Positions 12,437-25,504 of a stretch of DNA of 64,000 nucleotides are shown in pieces; position 1 is the stretch's first letter, and each line of letters opens with the position of its first letter. Position numbers and translations under genes: made by a program. The notes beneath the pieces are model-generated. The model ran no database searches and was not told the DNA's origin. It was given only the letters and a program-made list of their open reading frames with translations. This DNA is from Azolla caroliniana (Eukaryota; Plantae; Polypodiophyta). The stretch covers positions 429,058 through 493,057 of the forward strand of contig JBHGNT010000027.1 of assembly GCA_043228905.1 (NCBI GenBank), written 5' to 3'.

Positions 12437-12622
12437 CTGCCAACACGACTTGTTTATGCCTATTAAAGAACCTTTTAATGCTAATTCACAGAAAACTATA
12501 CGAAGCATACAAAATAACTAATATACGAAACGGAAGCGACCGATGGAAATACGTCAGTTTCTTACTCATGTAAATAAACTATTTCTTAACAACGGCGACG
12601 ACTTTTCCGGAGTCTTATTTCG
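12437..12622 (-). CDS. rps14: Ribosomal protein S14, exon 2
   Basis: LRNS.F.(R)VRN(R).IS.GR.R.VY, RIVF.ELA.KGSL.GI.KSCW; stop predicted by CAG>UAG. Confidence 0.88.
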
Positions 12623-12968
12623 GTTTTGGTCGGCCAATCAGGTTAGGAGTTCCCTGCCTGACCGCCAATTCAGAACCGCTCGTGACAGTTTCCCGTCATA
12701 CGGCTCCCCGCATCCCATCAGGTGAGGGTTCCGGAATACGAGCTCCCCTGCCCTCTTTTGATCGTGACGATGCCCATGCAGCCAGCAACTGCCGCAAATT
12801 GGCAGCTCATGCCTCCCGGACGACGACGTAGATGCGATCCATCTGTGATGTCCACAGGCGGCCGGCCGGCGGAAAGAACACCTACGCCGTGGTTGGAGTT
12901 CTACTTCCTTGTCGTCGCTTTAGCCCTATCGGCTAGCTAGGGCCATTGCTCAGTTTGTTTCCTCACGC

Positions 12969-13001
<33 letters not shown>

Positions 13002-14225
13002 ATAACTCCTAGACTCAAGTGAAAAACCGACCATCAGCGTATCTGATGAGAGAGGATTGAAACCTCGTATCTTCCCCATTTTCCCGCGTCTCGTGACTAA
13101 TTCAAAAATTTCCTTGCATCAGCGTCGATTACGTACTCTGGCTTTCTTGTTGATAGATATGTGGATCACTCTGGTGGCGTCATGGCGGCGAGATCGACCC
13201 GAGCGAAAGTAGCTATTGGGTTCGAATCCCGCTTCTTTTCTTCCGCGGTTCGCCTTTAGGCCATGAGGGCGATCCGATCCCCAGTAGCAGGAGTCCTGAA
13301 AGGTCATGGAACTGGCCATACTTCCACTTTCACTCTCACTTTCGCTTTTGCTTCTACTTTCAGAGGTATGTATATTCAGCAAATCGGATCAGATTGTCTA
13401 TCCATGACAGAGCGAGTGCTACTCGTAGTTCAGGGGCAAGGTATTTTACGTTGCTTACTTTCCTTTTGGCCAATCTGCGCTCTTTATCTTCGAATGTTGA
13501 AGCATATTGGCTGCTCCCTTTCCCTTAAAATTAGATGCGGGGACACTTTGGCACGTCCCGATAATTAATTACTACCGGGCCCTCGCTTATTGTCCCATCC
13601 TATCCCTGTTCACCGTACGGTTGGCTCTTCTGAGTGCGACCTCAGAGGTGTGCGGGGTTCTCCAGTTCCGGGATTCCATATTTCAAAGAACCAGGCCGTA
13701 AGGCTTCCGCTCTACGCCGGAGGCGCGCTCGAAGAACGGGAAAGGACAGACAACCCCTTTCCCTCGGCCTCTGTCCCATATTTTGGACGCAGGAAGCAAT
13801 CCTGCTTTCCTGTTTCGACGCTTCAAACGCTAGGATTGCGGTTGCCTGCTGTCCGGTTCAACTTAGGCTTAGCCTTCGGGGATGCAGTACCGCCACTCAG
13901 CACTCACCTAGACAATACCCAAAGTGTTTCATTCCCACCCTGTCTCCCAACGAAAACAAAGAAGGGGCAGATATCGTCACGCGCGCCCTTGCTTGAGATT
14001 CAAAGTTCCCCACTTTCGCCGGGTTCTGAATCCCTTTCATGCCCAGCTTCATGCCTTTGGATGCCATTCTCCCAGCACGTGGGCACGCTGTTACCCTGTT
14101 CCCGAGGGAGAAGGACTTTCACCTTCATGGAAACTCAGTTCACTAACTCCGCCATCCGAGCGCGAATGAATGCAAAATGAGTGCACAGACGCGACTCAAC
14201 GTCTTAACCTGTGAACAGGTCACGC
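12623..14225 (-). other. Group II intron rps14i114g2
   Basis: Inserted after exactly 114 coding nt; 5' end GCGTG; domain V GAGCCGTATGACGGGAAACTGTCACGAGCGGTTC; ends in AC. Confidence 0.88.
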
Positions 14226-14339
14226 TACCCGACCAGAAAGATTTCTATCTTAACGAATGGCTTTATAGGGCATTCATTTTAATTCATATTTAGCCGCAGG
14301 CTTTCACGGTTTCTAATCTCATATATTCTTATTAGACAC
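14226..14339 (-). CDS. rps14: Ribosomal protein S14, exon 1 (GTG start)
   Basis: VSNKNI(R)D(Q)..AAKYELK(R)..YKA..(Q)D.NL; 38 codons. Confidence 0.85.
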
Positions 14340-16384
14340 CCATATAACCTTCTCTAATGACGTATGACTAAACCTCGACACATAACTTAACCTTTTTTTA
14401 TGACCCTTCCATCTGCCTTTCTCATATCTCCAAAGTTTCGTATGTTTCGGATATGGCGCTTGAAGTAAGTCCCTTTTTGAATGAAAAAAAACTCATATTA
14501 GTGGCGTTGGCTTCTGTAAATCCCCTGCGTGCGATGTGCTCTAAAGGCACAGAGAATCGTACACTTAAGCGGCTTAGGCGGTTGAGAGATACCTTCCCTT
14601 CCCAACTGCTGGCTGGGGTAGAATCCTATTACTAAAAGGCGGGCGCATGAACCCTCTTTCAACCTTCTCAGGAACCATATTCTTATGGTTACTGCATCAG
14701 GACCTACCTAAAGGTGAATCAAACCCTGAATTGAATACACGGGTCTCTTCATGAATAGTTGTGCAATGGATTCGAGAATCCGGGGAAATTTCCTCCGAAG
14801 CATACCCATCCAATCCGATAGCCGTTAATGTCCTAAGTGTGGGGAATTGAGACTCGGCGACCGAAGCAACTTATCCGACCATCCAATCATGACCGGCTGT
14901 TGCCTGATGGTCTAACGGCTCGAAAACGGGTGGGTCCTTAGACACTCGCTAGACCGGGACTAAACGTCGGTCGGAAAAATCTGATCCAAATTAATTGCGA
15001 AACCAGAACTAGAAGAAGTTTCTAGATACAGAACACGATTAAATACAACCTTACCAACATTTGATATGATCTCAACTTGATACCTGTTAAGTTGAATCTG
15101 CCTATGGTTGTTAAGCCTGTGCCTTGGCATGTAGAGACGGAAAAAGAGACCAAGAATGGTAAGACCTTAGTTACAGCGGCGGTGGTTACTTAACTGATTC
15201 CGTTGATGTGTATTATCGTTACCGTTTATTAAGCAGTAAGAACCCGCCCGGCCCGGCCCGGCCCGGCCCGGCCCGCCGTAAATAGACGAAACACTTCCCG
15301 CATGCACCCCGGCTAACAAATAAGTACTAGTTTAAAGTAATGAACTAGTGAAAAGCACTACAGGCATTCATGCCATCTTATTGAGAATAAATATTATGGT
15401 TGGCATCCAGTTGAAAAATTAGAGCAACCAAGCTTTAGGCGAGCAACCCTTGCCTTATTCTCTATCGGAGCGGTTCTTCCCCCTCGTCCGCCTAAAAAAA
15501 CACGAAACCAAACACAACAAAATGATGGAACACGCACGAAAAACAACAAAAAGCGCGTCCCGCAATCAGATTCACCAAAACAGAAGCGAGAAATGAGCAC
15601 AGAACAACCCAGCGTCCCGCAAGCAATCAGAGACTGTACAGGAAGCTGGCAAAAACAATAACGAAGATGATGATGAGTCTAAATGCATGCCGCGAAGAGC
15701 CAGCCCGAGAGCGCACGCACCGGGAACACTACAGCGGATAAAAAGAAAAGCAAAGAGTATCGGTTGGACGCTGCGATGGTTGATGAAACACAACAAAAAA
15801 AAGATGGTGAGACTAAGGAGGAGATCGACCCGATACAGGATGCACATTTGAAAAGCAGCAAAGAGGATTGTTCGAAGTCTGATGATGAAAGCAGCAGGCA
15901 GCATTGTCAGTGATGAAGATTATGAAGACGATTGCGAGAATGGGGGTAAAGATGTGTGGGGTAAACTGCTGGATGCGGGTGCTTTTCTGGACGAATCAGT
16001 ATCTAAGGTTGATGATGATGAGAAGCCTTTAAGTCAAAGGATTGATAAGGAGTTATCAAAAGAAGCCCGCCGGCACCTGTAAAAAGGCGGAAGAAGCCGG
16101 CCGAAGAAAAGAAAAGAAAAGAAGCGGTTTTCATCATCCGGATGAACCGGCCGGGCCGGCCGGCGGATTAGAAGGCGGCTTTAAAGCATTGCTTTATAGA
16201 ATAGATAATGCTATGAGGCTGAACCTTCATGGATGCAAGTTTTACGCTTATCAGCAGCATTATGGCAGTATATTTACTGATTTTACTACGGCAGGCAGTT
16301 GGCAAATTTGTTTTACTGAAAGAAAGGTCGGGACTGTACTACTTTTTGTAATGAGAGAGTGAAAGAGAGGTTGGGACCGCACTA

Positions 16385-16415
<31 letters not shown>

Positions 16416-16711
16416 CGCGTGAAAGACTCATGGTAGGCTCTAGTCAATGGGATTCCCTGCCCACCAAGAGGAGACGGAACTGAAGCACCTAATAAGGCAG
16501 GCTCGCTTCGCTCGTCTCAACTATTTCACTCGCAAACCAATACCTTAAGCCAAACATACATCTCATTCTGTCGAATCAATTCTGGATCAATTGGCAATGG
16601 TTTTATTCTTAATGAGGGGAACTATTTGAGGAATAGGCTTTCCTGCCTGGGCGCCCACTTCCTTCGCGAAGCGAAGCGTTCCTGCGGGCAGTTCTTCTCC
16701 TTACACTGTAA

Positions 16712-17119
16712 TTACGACCATTGAACAAACTTGGTTGACACACGTGGTCTATGCGCTGCTAATGTTGCAGCTTCTCAAACATTTAACAAACTCACACCAT
16801 CCGTTTCGGATAAGATCTATCCCGTCACCACACGAGCCATCCAACCTGAAGGGTTTCCCTTTCCCTTTCCCATTCTCACTTCTGTGGGCTTACGGGTAAT
16901 GGGAATATCTGCGAAGATTCTTACCCATATTCGACCATTTCTCTAGAAATGTCTGCTTGTAGCGCGACGCGCTGCTTCAATGGTTTAATATAGAATACGA
17001 CCCGCTGAACAGCTTTTAATGCCATATTTTCCGAAACTAAGTCATGTACCGTCCGTTCTGCAACCTTTACATTTGCCCTTTTAACATTTCCAAAACTTTG
17101 TACGTTTTAGATATAGCAT
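16712..17119 (-). CDS. rpl16: Ribosomal protein L16
   Basis: [55 protein letters not shown] and TKFVQWS*. Confidence 0.95.
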
Positions 17120-18062
17120 CCGAATTGAGTCCCTTCTTGTTCTTTGAAACATGTTTGGAATACAGAATCCACACCTTGACGCCCGGGATCCCATAACGAG
17201 TGAATATTTCTGCTCTTGCGTAATCAATATAATCAGAAGATACATGTAAGGATATTGAACCATATTTCATACATTCAGTTTGAGCTATTTCTGCACCATT
17301 CGATCAACCTGGACGACAAATACAGATTCCCTTCACACATTCGCAGTTTTCAATCTATTAGAATATGGATGTACAAATTTATACAAATGATTTCTTTTTT
17401 TCTGGTCCCCAAGGTATCTCCTAAGCTATTGGAAAAGCACTTTAATGGAAAAAATCAGCTCTTACTGGCTTAATCGGGATATTAGTGCTTGTTTCACTAG
17501 ATGAAAAAAGTTACATTTCAGGCCACCAAGGTTTAATCTTCTTCCGGCAACGATGACTGCATACTTTCTTAGTTCCTCTGAATCAGGCGTTCACTATGTG
17601 CGAGCGTCAGCGGGCATCTCCTCCTGAAGAAGAGTGACTATTGCACGGATCCTTCTCTCTGGGTTTCGTACATTCACGTCAGGCATCCTTATTATAGTGG
17701 TACCGACAGCACAGATTTCTTGCTTTCTCACGTAAGGCATTCCCTATATACAGACACAGTTTCCTCTCTGCAAACCTACCCCGAGCATTCCTCATTTTCT
17801 CAGAGCGTCGGGCGGCATCCCTACTATAGGAAAAGGATAACAGAGAGGGAGAGAGAAGCAAAAGATTGTCATCAGTTATGTTAACCGTAGTGGGGTCAGA
17901 ATGAATTTAGTTCTTCATACGAAGAAAGTGTTGCACGACCAGAGGCATAATAGGTGCGGTTGCCAAGGGGCGGCGAGAGTTTTCGGAGGCCTTCTCGCCG
18001 CGGTTTTCCCCTAGTAATCCTCCCTCTTCTCTCCTTTTTCATATCGCCCTGCGGTCCGTGAG
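17067..18062 (-). CDS. rps3: Ribosomal protein S3, exon 3 (overlaps rpl16)
   Basis: C-terminal KYGSISLHV...[19 protein letters not shown]; phase 0 after the intron end CTCTAT. Confidence 0.88.
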
Positions 18063-18988
18063 ATAGAGTCGAGAGTCCACTTGCGCCTAGTAAGAGGGTT
18101 CATGCGGGCTCCGCATGAATGAACCGCTTCATCGGCTTGACGAGGGCAAAGCACAGGAAAGGCAGATGGGCATTTCCTATGTCCCATCCCCCTCTCGTAA
18201 CTAGTGCAGGCTACACAAGTGCTCTCCGAACCGGGCTGGATAGTCACCCATCACACGGCTCTCTAACTTGACGGGTGAAAGGCCGAGTGGGAACCCCGGA
18301 AATTACCCCTTTCCCCTTCGGCTCTCAGAGCGTGACAAGTGCATAGGCTCCTTCCCGTTTTCTACTTGGCATTCACCAAGTGCCGGTTCCGCCTTAGGAG
18401 GGTAGGCAGGTGGTATGGGCCCTCTGACTTCTTTCCGGGGCTTTCCTCCCATAAGATCTCGCCGTTGTTTCCTACATGGCTTGTCCAATTGTTGATCGAA
18501 CGCCCTGTGTTGGGATGTCATTTAGTGTTTTGTCCCCAGTAACATGGGTAACCTGCTCTATCCTTTCCTTTCCCTTCTGTGCAATGGGTGGGTCGAGGGA
18601 AGATCATTCGGCCCAATTAATCAAAACCCTCAGTAGGCATAGAGCGAGGCAGCGTGCGTTCGCGCTCCCCATTCGCCGAAATTAAGTGCCAATGGTTAGC
18701 TGTCGCCGGGTAGCCAGCCCCGAACTTCGATTCGCCAAGCTTTGCCCTCATCTTAATACCGAAAGCAGGCTCGCTCTATGCTGTTGAGTTACCCGTAGAC
18801 TTTTTGGTTCAAAATACGGGCGGGCCTTCGTTCGTTCCGCCAACAAACAAGTTCTTCGAACTTTAACCTCCTTGCCGCACATGCTTTGGTCCTCGCGTTC
18901 GTTACCGAGCAAGAGTAAGTGCAACGCCTTTGTACAGTACATAATTGAGCGCACGCAATTTTTCATGCAGGAACTAGACCGGCCGCCC
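18063..18988 (-). other. Group II intron rps3i249g2
   Basis: 5' GGGCGGCCG; domain V GAGCCGTGTGATGGGTGACTATCCAGCCCGGTTC; 3' AT; shares ~125 bp with the atp1 intron. Confidence 0.85.
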
Positions 18989-19283
18989 TCTCGATTAGCG
19001 TCATCAACAATATCATCAACCAAAAAATAATAGTAAGCATCATTGAACTAGAAAGAAGAATACATGAATGAATGTCCTTTTAGGGAAATGATGAATGATA
19101 CACCTACCAAGGCGAAGGTCAACTTTGCGATTTCTTCCTCTAGTTTTCCTCTTTCTTCCCCCAATTTTATCTTTCCCTCCTTTAGTTTTCTTTTTCTTTT
19201 CCTCGGACAAAATCCTGGGAAAAATTGAACGGAAAAAATATCTAAAATCTACATCCTAATACAACAATTTTCCATAACAGTAA
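18989..19283 (-). CDS. rps3: Ribosomal protein S3, exon 2
   Basis: (D)YCYGKLLY(Q)DV.FR and LRLGRCIIHHFPKRTFIHVF; phases fit both flanking introns. Confidence 0.85.
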
Positions 19284-19505
19284 ATGGAGTCAAGAGTTAC
19301 TCTGTCTGGCTGTGGGAAAAGCAGCCGAAAGAAGCCAGCCGTGTGAAGGGCTGGCTTCCATTCACCAGCCAGCGCGGACTAAATCAAGTGCTCTTCGAAC
19401 CGTGCAAGATGGTTGCCCATCACACAGCTCTTCAACCCAAGTTGCCTATATCGTGCGTTGCGTGGTGGATCCCAAGTCTTTCAAGCAAGAAGCGCTTGAT
19501 CCTCT

Positions 19506-19539
<34 letters not shown>

Positions 19540-20671
19540 TCCCCACGCTGTGCACTTGCTTCTCTCCGCCGATCAAGCAGCGATGCTGCTCGAACCGCTT
19601 CTTCCGCATGATGAAAACCGCTTCTTCGGCCGTTAGGTTCCGACACTCTGCCGGCCGCATGAACCGCCGCGCCGGCCGGAATGCCTTTCGAAAACAGCAA
19701 GCAGCTTTTTATCTAAAATGCCCACGTGCGCTCTCCCAGTCAAACGTGGGTCGGAAGCTTGAAAAGAAAAAAACGCGTCTTCAGTCAAAGCCTTCGGCCT
19801 TGGCTCACTGAATCTCCTAGAGTTTGAAGTGATTCCAGGTGCCTGCTAATGACCGCGACAGCTTCGATCAGGCAGCTTGGGCTATCCACTTGAAGTCTTC
19901 CACGTCGTCGGTCGTTTTCCCTTGTTTCAATGATGACTTAATCTCTGGCCGAAGGGCGGGCGGGCTTCCCGGCCGGCGCGGCGGCACAAGGTCGATCGGT
20001 GTTAAAACGGTTCGTAGCTGTTCAGTCTCATCTAAGAGTTGACCCGATATCTCTGTACTGCTTGAGTGTGCAATGCTGAACCCGTTCTTTCTTGCTTGTG
20101 GGCGCGTTGATTTAGGCTCCTCCCCTTCCACTGCATAGCTGCGCTTCCTTATCATCCGCTTCTTTTCTTTTCTTTTCTTTTCTTAGGCGCGTTTTTTGGC
20201 GGGTACTATGAGCCTTCTGCCCCACGCGTCCGCCCGCAGGTTAGATGCGTGGTTCACCGGTTCCACCGAATACTCTCACTTGTTGAAGCACAGTGCGCTT
20301 TAGGCCCAAGCCGCAGGGCTTCCCGAAGGGCTCGGGCCCTCTTTGTCCGGGTACATGCGCCAGCGATCAGCGCATGTACAGAGAAGGCGTGGTGTTGCCT
20401 TTCCCCCTGAAAAGCTAGGCTTGGTATCCCTTCCGCCGCACCTCGCGTTCATGGTATCTACATTCAACTGTGCTTTAGAGACACGGTCAAAGTACGCCCA
20501 AGGATTGGTTAGGCTCAGCTCCTGTCACGACATGCTCTGGTCTCCTCCCTTCGTTCCCTGAGGCTGTGGTCCCCTAGCGTTAGAATAAGTTGTGTCCGTC
20601 TTGTTGCGGACATCTGCAATGCCCTGACCGACATGCGGCAGGCAATTCATTCAGTGACTTCGCGGTCGCCC
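19284..20671 (-). other. Group II intron rps3i74g2
   Basis: Inserted after 74 coding nt; 5' GGGCGACC; domain V GAGCTGTGTGATGGGCAACCATCTTGCACGGTTC; ends CTCCAT. Confidence 0.9.
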
Positions 20672-20745
20672 TCACTAAACCGACTTGAATCTGAATGGTA
20701 GTTCGGATTAAGTCTGACTGAAATCAGATTTACCTTTCATGCCGT
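20672..20745 (-). CDS. rps3: Ribosomal protein S3, exon 1 (ACG>AUG start)
   Basis: (M)A(R)KVN.ISVRLN.N..SDSS(W)FSD; 74 nt. Confidence 0.9.
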
Positions 20746-20751
20746 ATCCTA

Positions 20752-21012
20752 TTACCGTACCTTCTATCTCGGCTTGATCTTAGTTGTTCTCGAGGCCTTT
20801 CATATAGAAGCAAACTCTCCAAATTTATGACCAACCTTTTCTTTTGTAACCTTCAAACGAATAAAAGATCGCCCATTATGAATTTATGCATAGCAACCAT
20901 CAAATTTAGGCGAAATGAAAAGTCTACATGACCAAATTCTCCCTCTGATCTTTTTCGTCCTTCTCGACAAGCAAGCATCAACAAAAGGGCCTTTCCATAC
21001 AGATCATGCCAT
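20752..21012 (-). CDS. rps19: Ribosomal protein S19
   Basis: MA(R)SVWKGPFVDA, IWS.R, I.NG and KVGHKFGEFA. Confidence 0.93.
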
Positions 21013-21015
21013 AAA

Positions 21016-21666
21016 CTAATTTCTGCGTTTCCTCACTATTGCTCAAAATCCACATTTGGTGGGCTTTCCCCAAAGTAACACCAAAAGTCTACCTCCTTTC
21101 GTGCGTCCTTCGCCTCCTCCGTAAGAATAATCAACCAGATTCATAACAACACCTCAAACAATGGGGCGTCTGCCTAACCACCGGCTTTGCCCTGCTTTGC
21201 CAAGCTTACGTATGCCATGGTCGAGATTAGACACTATACCGATAGTAGCTCAGCATCAGAAATCTATAGGTTTGTGAACACCTAAGAGTGACCGCGCAAT
21301 ACATTATGTATTCTCTTTCTCAATTGTTTTAGCCTTGACCCCTGCAGCTCAAGCTGACCCTGCGCCTTAACCTGGCTTCCATTCGGTATTATGTACCCAT
21401 GCGCCCCTAGCTATATGGGCTGATGGTATGCGATTTCCCACCATTTAAAAATACGGATCAAGTACATATTTTTTATCGCTATAAGGGTCGGCGTAGTCTC
21501 CTCCAGGGCGTAGCCAGGAACCACTCTAACGGCTTCCCCACGGGACCTTCTCTTCTAACCACTTTCAGCCTTCATTCACTGTGTTGAACGAGGCTGAAGG
21601 TTTAGACCAATCATAATTCATCGCCATCCTGCCTGCTTCCAATTAATAACTAGCTAATATATGGGT
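21016..21666 (-). CDS. rpl2: Ribosomal protein L2, exon 2
   Basis: T.ILAS.(Q)LEAG.M.MN.DWSKP; C-terminal GRRP.V.GVVMN.VD...[11 protein letters not shown]...WGKPTK. Confidence 0.9.
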
Positions 21667-22132
21667 GTTAGCCTAAGCCGCACCATTACTGCTGGGGCTT
21701 GGCTCCCGAACCGTGCATGAGCTATAGGCCTCACACGGCTCTTCCTAAGAACTTAAATCCTCACTGGCTCTGCAATCCCTGATCAGAGAGCCTAAGCATT
21801 CAGTCGAGGCCTTGGGTTCTTCCGGGAATAATACGCTAGAATTCCCGCCCGTTCTGCCCACATCTCCAGCCATTCGTGGCTAAGGTCTTAAGTCTTCGAG
21901 TCAGCCTATTCTTTTTGAAGAATCCTGCTGCACTCACGGGCATACAGCCTGGCGGGCCTTCCGTTTCCGGAGCTTCATGGGCGTTGCCCCGTTCCTCAAT
22001 CAGATGTTTGGATGTGAGCTATACTCCGCGGGAAGCTCCACGAGCGTATGGCCTTGCCAATTGACCCCTTTTCTCGTATGACTGGGAACGCTGCTCAGTG
22101 ACAACCTCTCGATCGTCGCCGCCTTGGCCTCT

Positions 22133-22169
<37 letters not shown>

Positions 22170-22441
22170 CACCACGATAACAGGCCCTCGGTGTGGTCAG
22201 CACCGTCGATTTTCGGGCCACGAAGCTTACACTCATTCACATTGGTTCATCCTGCTACGGCTCGGGCCTTTCGCTCTTGCAACTTCGAAGGTGGCCATTC
22301 TTTTATCAAGGCCTGGAAGTCAGCCGTGCATCTCAGCCACTGGCGGGACTGGATACCCGCATCTGATCAAAGTTCTCGTTGCCTGTGAGAGCAACATGGG
22401 TCGCTTCGCGAAAGACATTGCTTAGGACCAACGGGTCGCAC
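21667..22441 (-). other. Group II intron rpl2i846g2
   Basis: 5' GTGCGACC; domain V GAGCCGTGTGAGGCCTATAGCTCATGCACGGTTC; ends CTAAC. Confidence 0.9.
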
Positions 22442-22903
22442 GAAAGGTGTACGATCTACTTTGCACGCCTTATCTCTCGGCCTTTCATCTGCCTCCAGCC
22501 GTCCCTCAAAGCTATGCTTAGGTTCGAGAATTCTCTTTTCTTCTTCGTTTTACCGAAAACTCTCCAGCGCTTTACGTTTGATTCTCCGCGCCCAGAGAAC
22601 GCTATGCGTTCTCCATCTTCGCGGCGCCCTCACTTTAGAAAGCGCTTTGCACTTTTCAGAACGTGGCACTCCTTCAATCCATCATACTGAAGCAATCCGG
22701 AAGGAACAATTTGGGTCATATTCGATCCTTTCCACAATGCCCAAAGACGAAGCGCTTCATTTCCAATCAATTCTTCACTACAATCACTTCGATCCACCTC
22801 CTCAGTAAAAAACCGTGATACGCCCTGATGGATTCCTCCCGGCGGACCTCTTGTTACTACTGGTCAACTTTCTCAGTGCTTTTTCTCTCCAGTAACCTCT
22901 CAT
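22442..22903 (-). CDS. rpl2: Ribosomal protein L2, exon 1
   Basis: SAGRN.SGRITVF.(R)GGGSK(R)L(Q)(R)RID and GIVERIEYDPN. Confidence 0.9.
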
Positions 22904-23677
22904 GGATTCTTTGGTTTCTTCCCTTCACTCAAAGCATCCGTGACATCAAAGAAAGGTGGTACCATGGCAGGCATGGGGTGTACCCAGTGTCAACGTTATC
23001 AATCATATATACGATGATTGATCGCTTCGCGCATAGAATATACCATATAGCTGATGTTACCCATGAGTGAACAGTGGGCTGGCGTGGTTAAGTGGGCCTT
23101 CGGCCCGTGGTTGGTTTTTCCCCTTCCTTTTAATCAACTGTATATATAGGTGCTGTGATCCCGAAAGCTAGGCACATTGCATTATGTTTGTATATGTGGC
23201 CACTATTCCATACGATCCAAAGTGTTGCCTGCTCAAAGCAGCAGCTTGTTAGCATAAACCAAATAAGAGCTCATTTCAACAGCAGCAGAATTCTGCACAG
23301 CCAAACAGATAATGCGATCCTGTCCTGTTGCATGCATAACAATACAGCATGGTGGAAAGGGTAGCTATCATCCTCTCTCCCCCCGGAAGCCGAGCGGGGG
23401 AAGCGCTATGTGCCGATGAACCAACCGGTTCATCAAACAGGTTCTTCATGCATGCATGAAGGCCTTCATGATGATGAAAACCGCTTCTTTTCTTTTCTTC
23501 GGCCGGCTTCTTCCGCCTTTTTGTCCGCGGAAGCAGCGCATGGTGCTTCTCCGCCGGGCCGGGCCGGGCCGGGCCGGCCGTTATGCTTTCGATTTGATCT
23601 CACTATGTCCGGATTTGCTTGTGCAAACTATAAGCGGTGTAATTCCGCTGTATTTTTCTTCTGACCTGACTTCCTGA

Positions 23678-23986
23678 CTAGAGTTTGACAATCAACTCTA
23701 AACCAGTTTAATAATGAAATGGAATTTTCAATTAAACTCCGAGTGGGTGGTGGAATTTCAACCGAAGCGACTTTTCGCACAATTTATGTGTTTCCGTTTC
23801 TATGACCGGCAATTATTTATGTATTCCCATTTCAGATTGTTCTCTAGACTTTTTATCAATATAAAGTAATCACAGCACTGTATACGAGATTCATTTTCTA
23901 GGCAACCCAATCTAGCATGTGTTATGCGGATGCCCTGTTGGTGGTTTCTCGAGAGATTTAATCATAATGCATACCTTGGCAGTCGT
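23678..23986 (-). CDS. rps10: Ribosomal protein S10 (ACG>AUG start, intronless)
   Basis: (M)TAKVCI.IKS, IGLP.K(R)..YTVL(R)..IDKKSREQ.EM.I.K(Q). Confidence 0.85.
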
Positions 23987-24145
23987 TCCGAAGTAAAGGG
24001 TGGTTTTCTCTTTTTGTTGATTATGCCACTATCATTAGTTTCTTCTTTCTTGTATTCATAACTTTTTTCTATTGCTTTTTCGGCGAAAAGGCAAGCAAGT
24101 TTTACCTGACTTAACTGAAAAGCCTAGAAGTGTTTGTAATGCACA

Positions 24146-24219
24146 GCATCCTTAGCTCAGTCGGATAGAGCAACAACCTTCTAAGTTGAAGGTCACAGGT
24201 TCAAGTCCTGTAGGATGCG
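24146..24219 (+). tRNA. trnR: tRNA-Arg(UCU), copy 2
   Basis: Identical to 6464-6537. Confidence 0.93.
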
Positions 24220-24439
24220 GAAAGTGCACATTAGATTATATACCTACGGAATGCTTTGCCCTTGTTCAGGGCGGGCTAGCGGGTTCTTCCTTTCAACCGA
24301 ACCTGCATCATGCTTCGGTCACTTTTCGCTATATTGGTATATGGGATTACTTGCCCCTTTTCACTTCTTTTTAAACAGCCATGATTATAAAGAACCAATC
24401 TCACTACGATTTTTATGAAACGAAGAAAGACTTTTTCTT

Positions 24440-24742
24440 ACGGATCTGGTCAAATATTTGACATTTTCCATGATTTCCTCTCTTTCAGGTATTCAGGGAA
24501 TTCTCTCAAATAGAAGGAATATTACTATTATGCCGACGCTAATTGAGTTAATGTTATTGGCTGTCAATTTGAACTCTCCGGTATTTTCTGTCTATTCGGA
24601 TGATATGATGGGTTAATCACTCACTTTACTAGTGTTAACGGTGGCAGTTGCGGAATTCGCAATTGGGCTGGCCATTCCGGTGGTAACTTCTCGAATTCGC
24701 GGGACCATTGCCGTGGAATTTCCTAATCGCATGAAAGGTCGA
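24440..24742 (+). CDS. nad4L: NADH dehydrogenase subunit 4L (ACG start; CGA>UGA stop)
   Basis: (M)[34 protein letters not shown](Q), AIGLAI.V...[14 protein letters not shown]; 100 codons. Confidence 0.95.
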
Positions 24743-24805
24743 GCACCATTAAACTCATTGCACTTCGTTTTTCCTTCTTGAATACGAAGTATACTTTGGC
24801 ATTAA

Positions 24806-24884
24806 GGGAGGAGATACGATTCGAATCTCTCTTTTGAAAGCGGATTTACTGAAATCAAACGCTTTTTTCATTCGGCCACTTCCC
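24806..24884 (-). pseudogene. Degenerate tRNA-like remnant (trnY-like)
   Basis: GGGAAGTGGCCGAA...GTAAATC...GATTCGAATC...CTCCC; the arms pair poorly. Confidence 0.3.
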
Positions 24885-25463
24885 GCTTCGACTTTCCGAG
24901 CCAAGATTAGGGTTTATTTTGATATATGAACCCGGGCATATACGGGCTTTATGAGGTTTTTTCATAAAACGAAATACTCCCGATAGAAAAGTAGGGTCCC
25001 ATTCACCTTATTCGCTTGCACCACCGGCTTGCTAGAGGCTCTACCGTTTCCGAAGTAATAACTTTTAATATATTAAGAAGAACAAAATAGAATCACCATG
25101 GCTAATACTTACTCTTTTACAGTCTGTCAGACTTTAAACGGCTTCTTTTCTTTTCTTTTCTTTTCTTTCGGGCCTCGCCCAAGAAAGAAAGCCGGATCAA
25201 GCCAGTTATAGGCTATAAACGTAACAATTGTTATTTGGATTTTCTTATTTACACGCCTGAAGTATCAGGCAACTGTTTGAGGTCCCACGCAGCAGCAGCA
25301 CGGTCTCGCTGATTTGTTTAGTCGAACGAAAAGGTGTCGCAAAAGAGTTTGATGAGGTCCAATGGCCTCGTATATTTTGCTTATTCAACACTCACTGGAA
25401 GATCCTGCTACGCTACCGAGGCTGTGGGCATTGCTAATTCTTTGCCTCTTTGGAGTTCCCCTT

Positions 25464-25504
<41 letters not shown>

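Larger units (their letters stand above)
11797..14251 (+). repeat. Direct repeat R3, copy 1 (trnC, rps14 exon 2 and intron); copies at 61541-64000 and partial 43468-44263
   Basis: Identical ORF track at offsets 49749 and 31676; a 5-nt ACCAA duplication near the start of the other copies. Confidence 0.93.

Noticed and set aside
12515-12530. CGTATAT promoter-like motif upstream of trnC
   Set aside because: It is part of the rps14 coding sequence.
13212-13240. GGGTTCGAATCCC T-loop-like motif
   Set aside because: No cloverleaf around it; it lies within the rps14 intron.
13590-14180. 196-aa ORF as a possible maturase
   Set aside because: It is antisense to the rps14 intron and shows no RT or X-domain motifs.
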